DNA of 64,000 nt from Camelus ferus. Taxonomy: Eukaryota. Of this stretch, positions 1 to 14,310 are shown piece by piece; position 1 is the stretch's first letter, and the number at the start of each line of letters is the position of its first letter. The translations under genes were made by a program, and so were the position numbers. The DNA lies in contig NC_045696.1 in assembly GCF_009834535.1 (NCBI RefSeq), positions 53,260,001 through 53,324,000 of the forward strand. Direction: 5' to 3'. Below the pieces are notes generated by a model that searched no databases, was not told the DNA's origin, and worked only from the letters and a program-made list of their open reading frames with translations.

Positions 1-2109
1 GAGCGTTTATGCAGTAAGGGGTGACAGGGGACTTGCATCTGACTTTCATCTGAACATTCAGAGGGGCAAGAGATAGGCTGTAAGTGGAGCCAAGATGAAG
101 TCATTTATATTATTTGGTCTAGCATTTACAGGAATCTTTGGGTGTTCCTTATGTACTAACATGTAACCCACATGGCAGAAAGCCAGGATGAGGTCCTCTA
201 GGTTCTTTTCAATAGGGTAACCTGTAGAGGAAGGTAGAATTAAGCAAAAAACAACTGAAGTTATTTAACTTGATTAGTAGGGCTTTAAAAAGAGTCAATT
301 ATCATTAGAAAGGGAGGATGTGTGGTCAAAAGAGCTGCAGGTGAGTACTTTTCAGAGATGGATAGTGTCTCCCAAGAATCCTCTAAGGTATCCATTAGAG
401 AGTTAGCTGAAACTTTTTCCAGCATTAGAGAATGCAAAACTGTCTTATGACAGTACCCACAAGGTCAGATATTTCTTGTTTTCCTTACTCTTCTTCCCTC
501 CCCAAAGCCCAATCCCAGACAAATAAAGAGGTAAAAAAGAAAAAAAAAAAGAATAGAATACTGACTGAATGGGAAAGGAGGAGAAAAGAAGCTGGTACTC
601 CCTTTTTCCCAACTGAAATAGACCCTATCTTGAGATGAGGGAGAAATGTTTGAAAAAAGATTAAATTGTTGACTAATTAATAGGGATTGACAGTTTATCT
701 TTAACCAAATCTATGCTTTGTACTTAAAGTTACCTTAGGGCTTTGGATTATCTGAGTGACCAGCAGTCTTGGTCAGGAATAGAGAAAAAAAATATCCCCG
801 GGAATAAATTTAGAAAAAATACTGGGAATCAAAAAATAAGGTTGGTTTATAATGAAACTCATGAGACTTGCTTTTTCAAAGTCCAGATAAAGGGTGTGAT
901 GCTCTGAGGAGTCTACCCAACAGGAGACCACATTCCCTCCTTAGTCTTCTCTAGTTTTTCTTTTGCTTCTCATTATGACGGGTCTAACTTAGTCAAAACA
1001 TTTATTTTTATATAGGCTTGTGATTTTATATATGGTGAAAAGGTAAAAAAAAAAATGGGACATTTTTATTATTGGTGTTTTCCAAAAATAAAGATGGAAA
1101 GGGTGATTGGAAGTCTGATTTTAGAGCTCCATCACTGGAAAGGCCAATTTGTTTCATGCCTGAAATTGCTTCTTTATCATCATATTTCCTCTTGTGGAAT
1201 AATTCACTACCTGGTCCCTTAACTCAGATTTCTGTAATTCCCCCTTCCAAAAAAAATGTTCATTTTTATATGTATTGATCCTCCAAAGCTATCAGTTTAA
1301 AGATTCCTCTTTTTTTTTTTTTAAGTAACTTTTTTCCCTAGGAGAGACATATACATACCTTAGGACTCAATAGGACCTAGAAGGCATACAATTTGCTAAC
1401 AATGCATTTGCACGTTTCTGGTTCAACAATTTAATATTAAATTTTATTTTCTCCAAGGCTAGTACATCATGGAACCCATAGACCATTTCTGAGAAATTCA
1501 GCCTATGTTCTTTCTTAGCATCACATGAGATTTTTATAGCATTTCATTCTTGACTCCAGCATAAGGCATTGCTAGGGTGGTACTGAAAAAAGGGTAACTA
1601 CTGAGTTTAATTCCTTGGTGGCTGTCACTCTGCTGTATATGAGACAGCCCATCAGCAGCATCGCTTCTTTCTCATGGACTCCTAATACAAAGAACCCACA
1701 GGATAGTTTCCAAACTATCCCCCTAAAATGATCAACTTTATCTAAAATCCAAATACCTGATGTCTGAAATGATCAAGTCCATCCATAATCCCAAATTATC
1801 TGCTCATTGATGCTATTTGAAGACATGTAATGACATATATTATGAAAATATAATAAATCAGGACAAGTATATATCCCCCAAATTCCTCACCCTGTAGTAA
1901 AGTACCTTTGCTTAGTAAATGGTTGAATGATCTAGCTGCTTTCAAAGAGAGACACCAGAAGGAACAAAGAGAGTAAAGGTTTTGATCTCAAAGTTGAGAC
2001 CAAAATCCTGATCCCTGCACTGGGCTTGAACTTTAGGGTTGGCTCAGCCCCAAAATGGCTCTGTGGTTTGGGACACTCTCTTCAATTTCCTGACCCTAAA
2101 TTGTACCAA

Positions 2110-2626
2110 GGTACTTTTTAAAATGCAAATTATCTCATGTCACTCTTCTGCAATGCCGTCCCATTACCTATGAAATAAAATCCCAACACCTTACTGACAG
2201 ATGGCTTTACAGGAGGAGATCATCACTTGCCACCAGCTTTATTCTTCTTCTTCTAGGTATACTGGCAACCCAAGCTTTTCAATGCTGTTGCCATTTCTTC
2301 TCCCTGGAATGCTTTGCTTCCAGACTTCTGCATGGTTCACCCCCTCTTATTTTAGAACTGTGCTCTAGTGTAACTGCTCCTGAGAAATATGTATTTAAAA
2401 AAATAGGGTACACTTCCTAAAATATCCACCATCCCTGCTTCAGTTTTCTTCCTAGAATATACATAAAAACCAGGTGATTTTTTTTTTTTTGGTATTATGA
2501 GGATTTTATTGTCTTATCTCACTAAAATCTAAGAGTCCTGAAAATAGTGACTGCTGTGACACCATGGCGTTCCCTGCATCTAGAATAACCGGGTGTGTAG
2601 TAAGTGCCCATTCGATGTCAATGAAA
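2110..2626 (+). mobile_element. L2 LINE 3' fragment (ancient)
   Basis: L2-like blocks: 'ttttaaaatgcaaattatctcatgtcactc', 'ccctggaatgctttgcttccag' and a degenerate terminus 'ccctgcatctagaataaccgggtgtgtagtaagtgcccattcgatgtcaatgaa'. Confidence 0.65.
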
Positions 2627-5600
2627 GGTAAAAATGAACGTCCCCTTTCTTTCTATCCTTCTCGTCCCCATACTAACAAACACTGGCTGGAAAACCCTTA
2701 AAAGAGAAAGTGCTTGTGCATTTGTGTGAGTCTACCAACGGGAATCTGGGAGCTAGAGAGGTTCTGTGCCACTCCAGAGTAGTTTCCTTGGAGAAAAGAG
2801 CTGAAAGGAGGCAGAACTCCTTTAAAGAAAAAGGGAAAGCAGGCTTCATCTCTGGGGCTTAAAAAAAGGAGGGCAAAGACTACAAGGGAGCCAGCCTAGG
2901 TCTAAGACATGACCCAGAGGACTTAACTAGAATGTGTCATGCGGTTCACAGCAGTCCAAGCCCATACTTTGAAATTCCAAGAGGAGAAAAGGGCATTTGA
3001 GGCAATGTCCTCTTCGTGTCCTAGGAAACAGGGAGCTGAACAATGCATATGGAAAATACAGCAGCCCTGGCAGACATCCTGCCTTGGGAATGACTTTCTT
3101 ACTTCAGCCAAAGACCTTGAAATGGAGACCTCATGTGTAAATATGTGCAAATGTTGAACTAAATTTATCCCATAAAATTTTTAGGAAACAACCTTGCCAT
3201 GGATACAAGCTGTTGAATACATTATCTACTGGGGTTAACAGGGTTTCCTTCGGCAGAAATAAATAAATTAAAAGAAAGCACTGAAGGGTTCACTACTCCA
3301 GATTTGTCTTTAATAGCATTCCATTAAAAATGACGGAAAGGCACTGTCTCACAGTAATTCAGGCTCAGAGTGATGCTGTTCTCTTTCAGGCTCATGTCCT
3401 CAGATGAAGCTTCTGTGGTTTTAATCACTGCTCTTCCTCGAACTCACCCTCCTTCAGTCCCCCTTTTTTTTCCCTTTCATTTTTTGTTCTGTCTTTCCAT
3501 CTATCTGACCATGGTTCATTTACCTTGATTAGCAGAGGAACTAGTATCACATTTTTCAGTAAGAACTAGTGATTTTTAAACTATTTAGACCAAAAATAAC
3601 ATAAATCATCTCTCCCATGCAAAAACAGGAATCTGGGATTTAAAAAATGTGTTTAGCATCTAAATAGTTTTTATCAGTACAAGAACCTAATGTTGAATAT
3701 TAATGCCAGAGACTCTTCCCTGCTCTGCATTTCCCACTTTGATACCATGTCTCTCATCCCTAAAGTTAAAAAACCAAAAGGCAGCTGGGGCCTAAAAGGT
3801 CTATAAAAAGACACTGTCCTCACCAGCTGTGAGTACCTTGTTCCTTTATATCTATGCCCATCTAGATATAAGATGAACTGTTCCATTCTAGCTTCTCACT
3901 GCTTGTCTCATAATGGTCATTTAGAGATATAACCAGAATTGGCCAAAGTCTGTAATGTTTTCTTAAATGTTTATGTGTAATTTGTTCTTAAAAAGTTACC
4001 CATTTATGGGTTGGTGATGTGTATGTGTCTCTGTGTGTGTGTGTGTACATTGCACACATGTGCGCAGAGAGCGGGGCTGGTGTCACATGCAGAGCACCAG
4101 AATTCATCTTTGCAGATAAGACATTGGTATGGGATTGTTTGCATTCTGGAGGTGAGGTCAGAAGTACTGAGCATACCTCCATGATTTTCTCACCTAAAGC
4201 TCTCACACCATGACCCTGTAATAGGAGAAGATGCACTCCCAAGCATGAAGCCTTAATTTACAATCCACCCAAATCCCTCTGTCAAAGTGGGTTGAGGGCG
4301 TAATCAGCAGGCTTTCGTACGGTACCTATCTGCTTGTGCACATGGGGGAAGAGAGGCTGCCTGTGAAATGTTTATTTTTTTCAGTATGCATTATATCTGG
4401 CTCCATCACTCCCTGCAGCTTGACGGATTTAACAGTTTCCAAAGACAGAAAAGGTAAAGATTTAAAATACTAAGGACTTTGAAAGCAAAATCTGTTTTCA
4501 ATAGAAAAATGAACCTGAAAAGAAAAGAATGTTGGAGAGGGGAGAAATTTTAAAACACTTTCCTTATCAGATGAAGAAGATGGGAATGGAAAGCAATGGC
4601 CATTTATCTAACTTCACCATTCTCATCATCAGCATGTCCCAGAGTCCTACCTCCCATCTCATCAATTCCTGCTCCTATCACTAACCCCACGATGCAGGTT
4701 TTCCCACCTGCTCTTATAGAGCTCTTAGTTTGCCCTCAGCCACAAGCATTAATAGGCAGCTTCCCTGACAAAGAACCCTGCACAAGCCTCAGACTTTATA
4801 TAATTCCAAACCAGCTAGCTTAGACTCGGGAATTGTGATGCCTCCTCTTCATTTCTAATAACTTTGACTTTGGAAGTGAACAGACAGTGCTGCCTCCCCA
4901 GAAGAGAGACAGGAGAAAATTATGTAGGAGACTATGGCCATATGAAAAAAGGACAGGGTATGTTTCTTTTCTTTATTTTAGGGAAAGGAGGTGGAGCTTA
5001 TAATCCTGGTGTCTTTGGTGATGTTGTCTGTACGAGGTAGAGGGAATGGGGAAAGGAGTAGGACAAAAATGCCAATGAAGGCACATGGGGGAGGGGGCAT
5101 ACGATGCCCTCTTGGGGGTGGATGAAAACCACTATTGAGCGCCATCTCTATCATCCTGCCCCCTTTCACCTGCTGCTTCTCCTGATCTCCTCTCTGCATG
5201 GATTCCCCAAAGAAAAGACAGGTGGGAGGAGGCATGTTGAAATGTGGGCAGTACAGTTCAGTTGTTGGAAAAATGGCGGAAGTACCATTCATCCTGTGCC
5301 CTCTTCCCCACCATGACCATTACAAGCAGGGAATTAAAATATGTATTAATTGGTGCACATGGGGTTAGTCTCATATTGCTGATTCCTCACTGGGGACCTG
5401 GAGACTACAGGCTCAAGAAATTTCTAATTCTCTAAACTTTAAAAAGCCAATTGAAAACAGTTCTCCGTTTTGGTGTTCTCTCACAAAGTCTGAAGGTTTT
5501 CTTGTGATGAGGCTCTAAAAATACTGAGAGTTTCAATTCGCCAACTTCCCCATACATATACCAGCTGAATTTTTTTTTTCAACCCGCTCTGATCTCTTGG

Positions 5601-6705
5601 GTCTTCCACACAGCACTATTCATTTTCTTGGTGTAAGGCAGTGAGAAATTTATTTTGCTCCCCAATTACCTGGTAGAATATTTTTCATTAAGTGGACCTC
5701 AAACAAGAACTGGGCTTTCACATGAACCACCCTAGTATTTAAGACATGTCAAGACCAAGAAGAGACAAACAAACAAATAGTAGTTCAATTCATCTGAGAA
5801 TAAATGAAGTGGAGTTAAGTTCAATTTTCTATAAAAGTTTAAGGCATTTCCCACATAGTAAAAAGAGACCTGTGCTTTTCCAGTTTTGAATCCCATGGGC
5901 TTATAGGTTGGCTTGAAACGATTTACTCTAAAATACAGAGCATGCTTAGAGATGGAAACTAAACTTATAGAACCCTGAGGTTTTTTTGTTTGTTTATCTG
6001 TTTTTATAAAATTCCATGAAAGAAACAATCAGTAGCATCTACAGCAAATTAGAGAAGGCCTAACACAAAAGACAACAGCCCAATTTACAAGAGACAGGAA
6101 CAAATCAACTGGCGTTTCCCTGAGATATAAATAAACAGTTCTCAAAAATTTAGATTAGGGATTTCCACTGCCAAATATTTGAAAATCACTGCACATTGCA
6201 CCATATTTTAAGATATTCACAATGAACACCTAAAAGTCTCTGAAAAGTCTCACTTTCCCAAAACCTATTTAATTTGGTTAAGCCGTTTAAACCAAAATTC
6301 CTATCTGTATTTAACTTAGAATAGATTTTTTTTTTCAGGAAAATGGAACACCTGCAAACATTTATAGGATGCCCTAGTTTGTCACAACTCACTTAGGAAA
6401 ATGGTCAGTTAGGTCAACAGCCAAACGATACAGAAAGGTTGCAGACGATCCATTGACTGTGTGATCAGTTTCTCCTTACTTTCCTCTCTGTTCCTTTTAT
6501 ATATGCTATTTCCCTACTGCAGGCCCAGCGACAGCATCTGTTTGACTTTTTTGAGCTCAGAGTAGCTCAATGATAATTTCCTGTAAGTCAAATACACTGT
6601 CTAGTGGTCATGTGGTGGCTCACTCTAGTGGAAATCTTATTCCACTGTCTCCAACAGAAATCTCACTTATTAAATTTTTAATTGTCAACTTGGTGATGTA
6701 AGAAT

Positions 6706-7150
6706 TAGCTTAGTATCCTTATCAATTGGCTGCAAAGAATGGAGACTCATCGAGGCTACCTTAAGAAAAGAGGATTTACTGTAAAGATGTGTACCTTGAA
6801 GCTAAACCGGAGCTGAAAGTCTATCACAGTATAAGCAAGGCAGCTGTGTGAACTAGTTACTGGCCCCGTTACTCGCTAGCTTTGGATTTCTTCTACCTTC
6901 CCTTTTTGATTACCCACAGGTTCATCCTCTCATATTTCCTAAGACAAATACCAGGAGCAGTGACTTATTTGATTGATTAGCAAGCCATGAATTACCCTAT
7001 TGTGCAGAGTTCTCTGTACCAGTGGATCTCATGCACTCTAGAGGTGGTACCTGTGGGTTGGGTGTACAACTCCTCTCAGTCAAAAAGGCCTCTGTTCAAG
7101 CAGCCCAAAGTGACATTCATAAGAAGGAATTGGGTTAGTGCATTTTAATT
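6706..7150 (-). mobile_element. Probable old MaLR (MLT1-type) LTR fragment
   Basis: 'ttggctgcaaagaatggagactcatcgaggctaccttaagaaaagaggatttactgtaaagat' resembles the reverse-complemented 3' end of old MLT1 LTRs. The rest is very diverged. Confidence 0.4.
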
Positions 7151-7419
7151 CAAAAGAGACATCATATGTGGCAATTTCCTTAAATACCATGTCCCTGTAC
7201 ACTGCCCCTTGCTAAACTGATGTGGAGGAAACAGTAAATTTCACTGTGCTGTACTACATTATTCAAAAGTAAGTGGGTATCAAAAACTGGCACCTGTATA
7301 TTGAAGAATTTCCTTTCATCTTCCCCAAGATACATGTAAAATAATCTAGACATAAAAATGTTTTCCTACTTGGCCTTTGTGCCTATAAGTTCTTCCTGAT
7401 ATAATCAATCCTATTTGCT

Positions 7420-7735
7420 GCTATTGCATTAATCTAATTGATAATGGTTAGGACAAGCCATTGCTCTCTTCAAAAATCTACAGGATTTCTCCTTGCACTC
7501 AGAATCCCACCTAAACTCTGAAATTTCACTAGACTCTCTAAATATCCTGATCTTGAACTATGTCTCTACATTGATGTGTTCCTTTAGTTTAACAGGGAAA
7601 TGTTAGTCTTTGCACTGGCTCTAAGGACACCAGCCAAATTATCACATTTATGTCTTTTCTCAGGTCATTCTCCCTGCTGGGCATGTTTCTTTCTGCCTCT
7701 TTACCCTAATTTAGCCTACCTACTCTTCTGCACAT
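7420..7735 (+). mobile_element. L2 fragment
   Basis: 'ttgctctcttcaaaaatctacaggatttctccttgcactcagaat' and 'cattctccctgctgggcatgtttctt' resemble L2 3' blocks. Confidence 0.45.
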
Positions 7736-7916
7736 ACATGGTCTAAATTATAAGCTTGCACCTTACTAATTAGGGTTGACATATAGGGGTAGGTCAATTA
7801 GAAACAAAACCAAAAAGGAAACAATGACCAGTTTAGATTTTCTGGGGGCAGAACCAGATCTTTGAGGACCCTGCCATATGGCTTGACCATATGGACAGAC
7901 TATATTGAATCTGACC

Positions 7917-8094
7917 AAAAGCACTGGCCCAGTAGTCATGGGATCTGGGCTCCAATCCCAGATACGGCACTAACAAGCTATTTAACCTTGGGCAAAATGC
8001 TTAACCTCCTTGGGTTTCAGTATCTTCATCTGCAAAATAAGTGATCTGGCCTAGATGATACCTGGAGTGTTTTCAATTCCTCATATTCTATGAT
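7917..8094 (+). mobile_element. MIR3-like SINE
   Basis: MIR core 'accttgggcaaaatgcttaacctccttgggtttcagtatcttcatctgcaaaat' followed by a MIR3-type tail 'ctagatgata...attctatgat'. Confidence 0.75.
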
Positions 8095-9364
8095 GTCTTG
8101 ATAATGTTTTCATTCTAATAAGAGTTGGCTTCATTGGTTTGCCACAGCTAACATTAGGTTAGGAAATGACCTGGGTTGGAATTGGGGGACAGGGATTTAT
8201 CCAAAGCCTCATTTCAGATATACAGCTAAGCTTTGGTGGTTTCCTTCTTTCCTGCTGTAAAGCTCAGATATTTTTCATGTCCTCCTGCAACTTCCTGTGC
8301 CCACCATGGCTTCAGACAGACTCGGGTACCTGAAACTTTGGCAGAGTTCCCCAGTTGTGAAATAGACACAACCACTCGCAGACCAGACTTCAGGAGCTGC
8401 ATTAATCTACAGTTTTCTTGGGAAAAATAGTCCTTGGCCAATGTATGAAAGTACCTGGCAGAGCTCCCACTGTTATGAAGAAATCTGCCAGGCAACAGTT
8501 CTTTGGAGTTTTTCTCCTTATCTCTCTTCTTACTCTTTTCCACATCTCTACAAATTTCCCCAGCTCTAAGGTCACTCAGCAATCTTTTTCCAAAATACAT
8601 TATGTAACAGCAACTCTAGTTTGGAAAAAAAAAATTCCTGGAAAGACTTACAGTGTGTCACCTTTGGAAACATACCCTTTTTGGTAACACCATCCATGTA
8701 AAAAGACATCCCTCACAAAAAAATTGTACAGGAAAAGATATTTTCTCTCTTGACCTGCAGAGTAGTGTGTTAATTTAAAATTTATCTTTGGTATTCTCCT
8801 TTAATTCTTTTATTTATTTCATTTCTGCAGTTCAGGTGGAATGTACATTTTATAATTAAATACATGTAGGAAATAATATCACACTGACAAAGCTCCTAAT
8901 CTCTCCAAGATATTAATAGTCAGTACATCAAGGAACTCATCTTTAATACTGGGTCTTGCTCTGCAAAAGCAGCAACTAAGAATCATGAAAAGAAGATGAG
9001 GTCAACTTTAACTTCTCAAATGGTGGTGACAGAAGATCAACTGTGTGTATGTGATGGAAATAAATTGTGAATATGGAAAAGACACCATGTGCCTATGTGT
9101 TGTCTACCTCAAAGGGCAAATGAAAAAAAAAAAAATTCCACTAGGAAAGAAGAAATCAGGTTTCTAATCTCAGCCCAGCCATTATTTAATTACAAGATCT
9201 TGGGCAAATGCACCAGTGCATTTCCCAGGGTTTCCTGAAAAATCAATAAGGCAAGGCCAACATTTGAGTTTATAATTTGTAGTGTGATTTACAAATGTGA
9301 GATATCATTCATAGATCCTCTTCTCAACCTCAGTGTATCTTGATCTAGCCTCCTGACTTCTGAT

Positions 9365-9476
9365 GCATAGTATAAAATTTACAGCAAAAAATGACTTCAC
9401 AAACGATCATGTTCCCCACCTTCATTTTCCAGAAGAGATAACCAAAACTCACAAGGTTAAATGGTTTGCTCACATA
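9365..9476 (-). mobile_element. MIR fragment
   Basis: Reverse core 'ttcattttccagaagagataaccaaaactcacaaggttaaatggtttgctcaca'. Confidence 0.45.
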
Positions 9477-10109
9477 GTTCCTCTGTTGTCCTGAAAGTGT
9501 TTATTTACAAGACAGTGAACCTAAGGGCAAGTGAGGGTAAAGCTCAAAATAATATAAATGTGCAATAATCCAAAGGCTATCACATTAACGTTTTAAAGTC
9601 CTTATCCTACGGGAGGGTTACCTCTTGAACCCTCTGGTGTCAACGTTAACAAAAGAAAGCAAAAACTATTTCTTTCTCCATTTATTTTCTTTCTTTGTCA
9701 TGAACAAACACCAACCCAGAGGCCTTCATTTGTAATACCTTCACTCTTTTATACCCATCATCATTTTCTTCAAAGAGTGTTCATGTTATCTTTTTTTTCC
9801 TTTTATTCTGTGAGGCTGGGATATCTCCTCTGAATGTCCCTTATTACTGGCACTGCCACCAAGGTGATTTCTCTTTCAAAGGACTCAATATTCAGTACCA
9901 ACATCAGATTGTAATCACATAAGGAAACCTTATGAAGGATGTGGCTAATACCCATATATGGATACTCCTTCATTTCAAATTCTAATAAAGGCTATCAGTA
10001 GTCCTAAAGATAACCTCCCAAGCCTGAACATTTTGCAGACTATGAGGCTTACCCAAATACAAGACAATAACACTTTATTTCCTATTTTTATGAAAAAAAT
10101 ATTTTTAAG

Positions 10110-10525
10110 GTAGGAAGCAAGCTAGAGTGATGGGCAAAAATGCAAGTGTTCTTAACTTACAAAATAGGGGTTAAGAAATACTGTCTCTGCTTCATGGAAC
10201 AAAAAAAAATGAAGTTTTAAATCTGGCTGTAAACAGTTCATACAGAAGTGACTAGAAAGAGAACTGAGAATAGATGTATAAGCATATTGAGTTGGGAAAA
10301 TTAGGGGATGGTTTGAATGACCAGAAGTGTTAACTATTACAACATGAAGCTAATATGTAATATCTAAAATTGATATATCTATTTACAGCATTATGAGGTA
10401 TATGATGCTAATGAACATAATAATTAAAACAAACAGTAAAAGCAGGAAGTAGGATTTGTGGGCGGATAAGGAAGGAGATTGTTCTTACTTAAATATTTTT
10501 AGCTATGTGCATGTATTATTTGAAA
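10110..10525 (+). mobile_element. Old L1M (L1MC-like) 3' UTR fragment
   Basis: Ends in 'atttttagctatgtgcatgtattatttga', similar to old L1MC 3' termini. The body is A-rich and heavily diverged. Confidence 0.4.
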
Positions 10526-13149
10526 GCACACACACACTAGAAAACACACTTTTATTCTCTGCAGGTGACCTACAACATAAAACCAGTGCCATGTACAATG
10601 ATCTCAGTAGATGTTGGTGGGTTACTTCACTAGTTGTTTAGTTGTCTAGCTTAGGGGGTTGAATGGATGACTAATTGCATATATGATGGAAGGAATCATC
10701 ACCATCATCATCATCATCTTGAACCTATACCCACTGCACACATACCTGCTAACTCCAGGGTGTAAGAATCTAGACCATGGTAGGTAGCTGGAGTATAACC
10801 ACTTGACATTGAGCAATGGTTATGACCAGTCCATACAGTGGATTCTTTGCATAAAGATTACCAACTATTCATGGTTGAATTTCATAAAATTGGCTGGAAA
10901 GACAATGTTTGGGGAACAATATTTCTATGCAATTTTGAGTCCTGATTTTACTACAATTATTTCAAATGTTGATTGCTGAGTCTTATAGTCTACCAAAGCA
11001 TTTGAATATTCTAGGATTAAGAAATAAGGAGCAAAGCAAACAATCACTTCTATTTCAGAAAAGTCATTTATATGAAATGAATAAAAGCATGTGGAAATCA
11101 ATGTGAAGTAAAAAGAAAACCTTAATAGACTCTTTATAACATAGAATAGGTTTTTTTTTTTTTTGGTTACCATAGTGGCAGTGATTTTTAAATACTATTC
11201 ACACAGATTCAGCATTATAGTAATCAATGTTTCCTATTGTGATTCAAGGTATTAAAAATAATATACAACATTAAAAGCTTAGATTGCCATTTAAATTTAA
11301 ATATTGAGAAATGTTATGAATCAAAGGTTAATTTATATGTTCTCTGGATAATACTTGATGTGGGATATAATCAGGCCAGCCATTTCACCATTAACATCAA
11401 ACAACATAAGTAACCTGCACTTAACATTCAAGCCTGTAGTGACTGGACATGGTGGGTAGTCAGGAAGGGTGACAGAGGGTGTAAAAATTCTATTTGTTGC
11501 CAACAGAACTCACAGCATTTATACCAAATACAGGCCAAATCAGAGGAGCTGGAGCTATTACTCAGTCCTTCCTGCATTCTTTTCCCAAAGCTCAATGAAA
11601 AATTCATTGGCAAGGGAGGGAGAAATTAATAGGACACATTTTACCTCCTGGCCTTAGGGGGTACAAGAATTCCCCTGTGTGGAATGCAAAAGACTGATAA
11701 AATACTAGAGGGAGGAGGGTGATAAAAGACGACATGAAAATCATATCCTGTAGTTGAGGGAAAAAGAGAAAGTGGCCACAATTGATATCACACAATTGTC
11801 CTACTCTCAAGGATTCATACATCTGGCCAACACTAGAGGAATTTTTAATCCTGAATAAAAGTAATGCTGAGGGGAACCTCCTTTCCTTGGTTTCTGTTTT
11901 CCACCTGGAAGAACTTCCAGTATAGGGATGCCTCAGTCTCTGACTCTCTAAGATTGAATTACTTGGATATCAGGCAACATTCATAAATCTACATTTCTTG
12001 ACTGGATAGAGCTAAGCTCCACTTAAAGGCAAGCTATGGAAATGTATTTATTCTTTCTCTATCTTGAAAAGCATAAATCTATAATTCTAGGTAAGTGTGA
12101 CCATTCTATAGAGGTAAACTTTCTATTATATGACCTGTTACAGGGTCTAGACACCAGGGACAGAGGAACCTGGAAAGGGACAGAGGGGACAGAAAGCATT
12201 AGCACGACCTTTTGGTCACAGTTCCGGAGCTTTAATCTCCAGTGGATTTTCCCGGTAATAAAGAAATCACCATCTTATCATACTAGAGGATATACTTGTC
12301 TTCTGCGTTAACTGGATCAGAACTCAGAAGAACAACAAAGGGATATTATGTACTGACCCCCAGAGCCCCTAGAAAGAAGAGCCTATGAATATTTTACTAT
12401 AAAAATTGTACCAATGAGACACGATAAGAGGAAACAGAACATAATCCTAAAGTTTCAGGCCTCAGATTAAGAAGAGGGCGAAAGCATTTGTGCATGTGTA
12501 TGCCTTTAGAATAGCACACTAGGAAACCTACACACTTGTGTACAGAAATTTGGATGGGACATTAAGATCTAGTTTAGAAGCAGAGGCCACCCACCCTGAG
12601 CTTACAGGGTCCATGCCTGTGGGCACTAGATACATTGAGCTACTCTGGCCACATTATGCAATGGGTATGGGTATGAGTATAGTCACTGCAGACAAAACAC
12701 ATACAAACAAACCCAATCAACTGCTATAGAGCCTGAAATGGACAGATATTGCATCTGCTATCTGTTCCCTTATTTAATTATCTACTGAACTTTGAATATA
12801 AAGAAGACTTTCTTCTTAGATATTGAACATGACAAAACTGCTATGCTTTATGGATTATTTAAATCCTAAAGGCTTCACTTTGGTGGTAAATATCCTACAC
12901 TAAAGGGAAGTTGATGAGAATAGCTCAGAACAACATTGTTTCACTACAGCAGTTTTTGCTTTGTCCAATTGAAGTAGTTTCACGTCCAGGGAGTTCACCA
13001 GGTGTTAGGTTTATGTCAGAATAAGGATTTTTTAAGAAAGCCATAAATAGCTATCAATAACCCATCCCCATAGGTACATACATTAGACTAAGCATTGTGG
13101 TGGATTCCAAAAAATGGAAGACATAGCCCTTATGCCATGGAGGTCCCTA

Positions 13150-13300
13150 AAATCTATAACTAAAAGAACCTGGAAAAATAGTCCAAGTTTTTCATTTTAC
13201 AGATATAACCTCAAATGACAAGAGTCCAGAGTACTTAAATGACAAGCCCCAGATCCCACAGCCAGCAGAGCAGATCTGAACTAAAAGCCACATGTCCTAA
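13150..13300 (-). mobile_element. MIR fragment
   Basis: Reverse core 'ttttcattttacagat...ttaaatgacaagccccagatcccacagccag'. Confidence 0.5.
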
Positions 13301-13780
13301 ATGCCTTCACATAATTCATATCTGTTGTCTTTGCTTGTAGATGTGGAAAATATAGCAAGAAAAACATCAGGATTCTGAGCACCATGTTTTATCCTCTTTC
13401 CAAATTACCTGCAAAATCTACAAACCAAACAAAATGTTGTGACTGGATTTTGTATGGATCTTAGTGAAGAGACTGAATTCTGTATCTAAATTGAAAGTGT
13501 GTGAAAGAGATGAGAAGACACACAGACAGAAAACACAGAGGCAAAGAAAACTATAAGATTAAGTCCATAGGAGTTTTTAATGTTCTTCTAATCTAAATCA
13601 CTAAAATCTTGGGGAGACTACCAAATTTCCTTGGGATTCAATACCATTAGCACAGTCAAAGAAATCTGCCCTGGGTAACAGAGGGTGATGAGTCCCTCTA
13701 GCTGACATCAGAGATATGAAATAATATTTCATCTGTTAAAGAAAATACTGCTTGATAATTTTTAAAAATAAACTGTATTT

Positions 13781-13883
13781 CACCTAGTATGACAATCTCC
13801 AGGTCCATCTCTGTTGCTGCAAATGGCATTATTTCATTCTTTGTTTATGGATAAGTAGTATTCCATCGTGTGCGTGCGTGCAT

Positions 13884-13918
<35 letters not shown>

Positions 13919-14310
13919 CAGATATCTCACAACTTCTTTATCCAATCATCAGTCGAGGGGCATTTAGGTTGCTGATGCAAATGAGCTTATTTACAAAACA
14001 GAAACAGACTCACAGACATAAAAAACAAATTTATGGTTACGAGAGGGGAAAGGAAGTAGGGAGGGATAAATTGGGAGTTTGAAATTTGCAGATACTAACT
14101 CCTATATATAAAATAGATAAACAAGGTCCTACTCTACAGAACAGGAAACTATATTCAATGCCTTGGACTAGCCTATAGTGGAAAAGAATATGAAATGGAA
14201 TATATATATATACACACACACATAAATATGTACAACTGAATCACTATGCTGTACACCAGAAATTAACACAACATTATAAATCGACTATATTTCAACTTAA
14301 AAAAAAAAAA
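13781..14310 (+). mobile_element. L1 3' end with 5' inversion (twin-primed insertion)
   Basis: 13781-~13973 is antisense L1 ORF2-end sequence. ~13974-14310 is sense L1 3' UTR ending in poly(A). The flanks 'aaaaataaactgtattt' (13764-13780) and 'aaaaaaaaactctattt' (14305-14321) match at 15/17, and the first follows a TT|AAAA site. Confidence 0.9.
13886..13915. repeat. (GT)15 microsatellite inside the inverted L1 segment
   Basis: Uninterrupted GT run, preceded by GTGC units. Confidence 0.95.
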
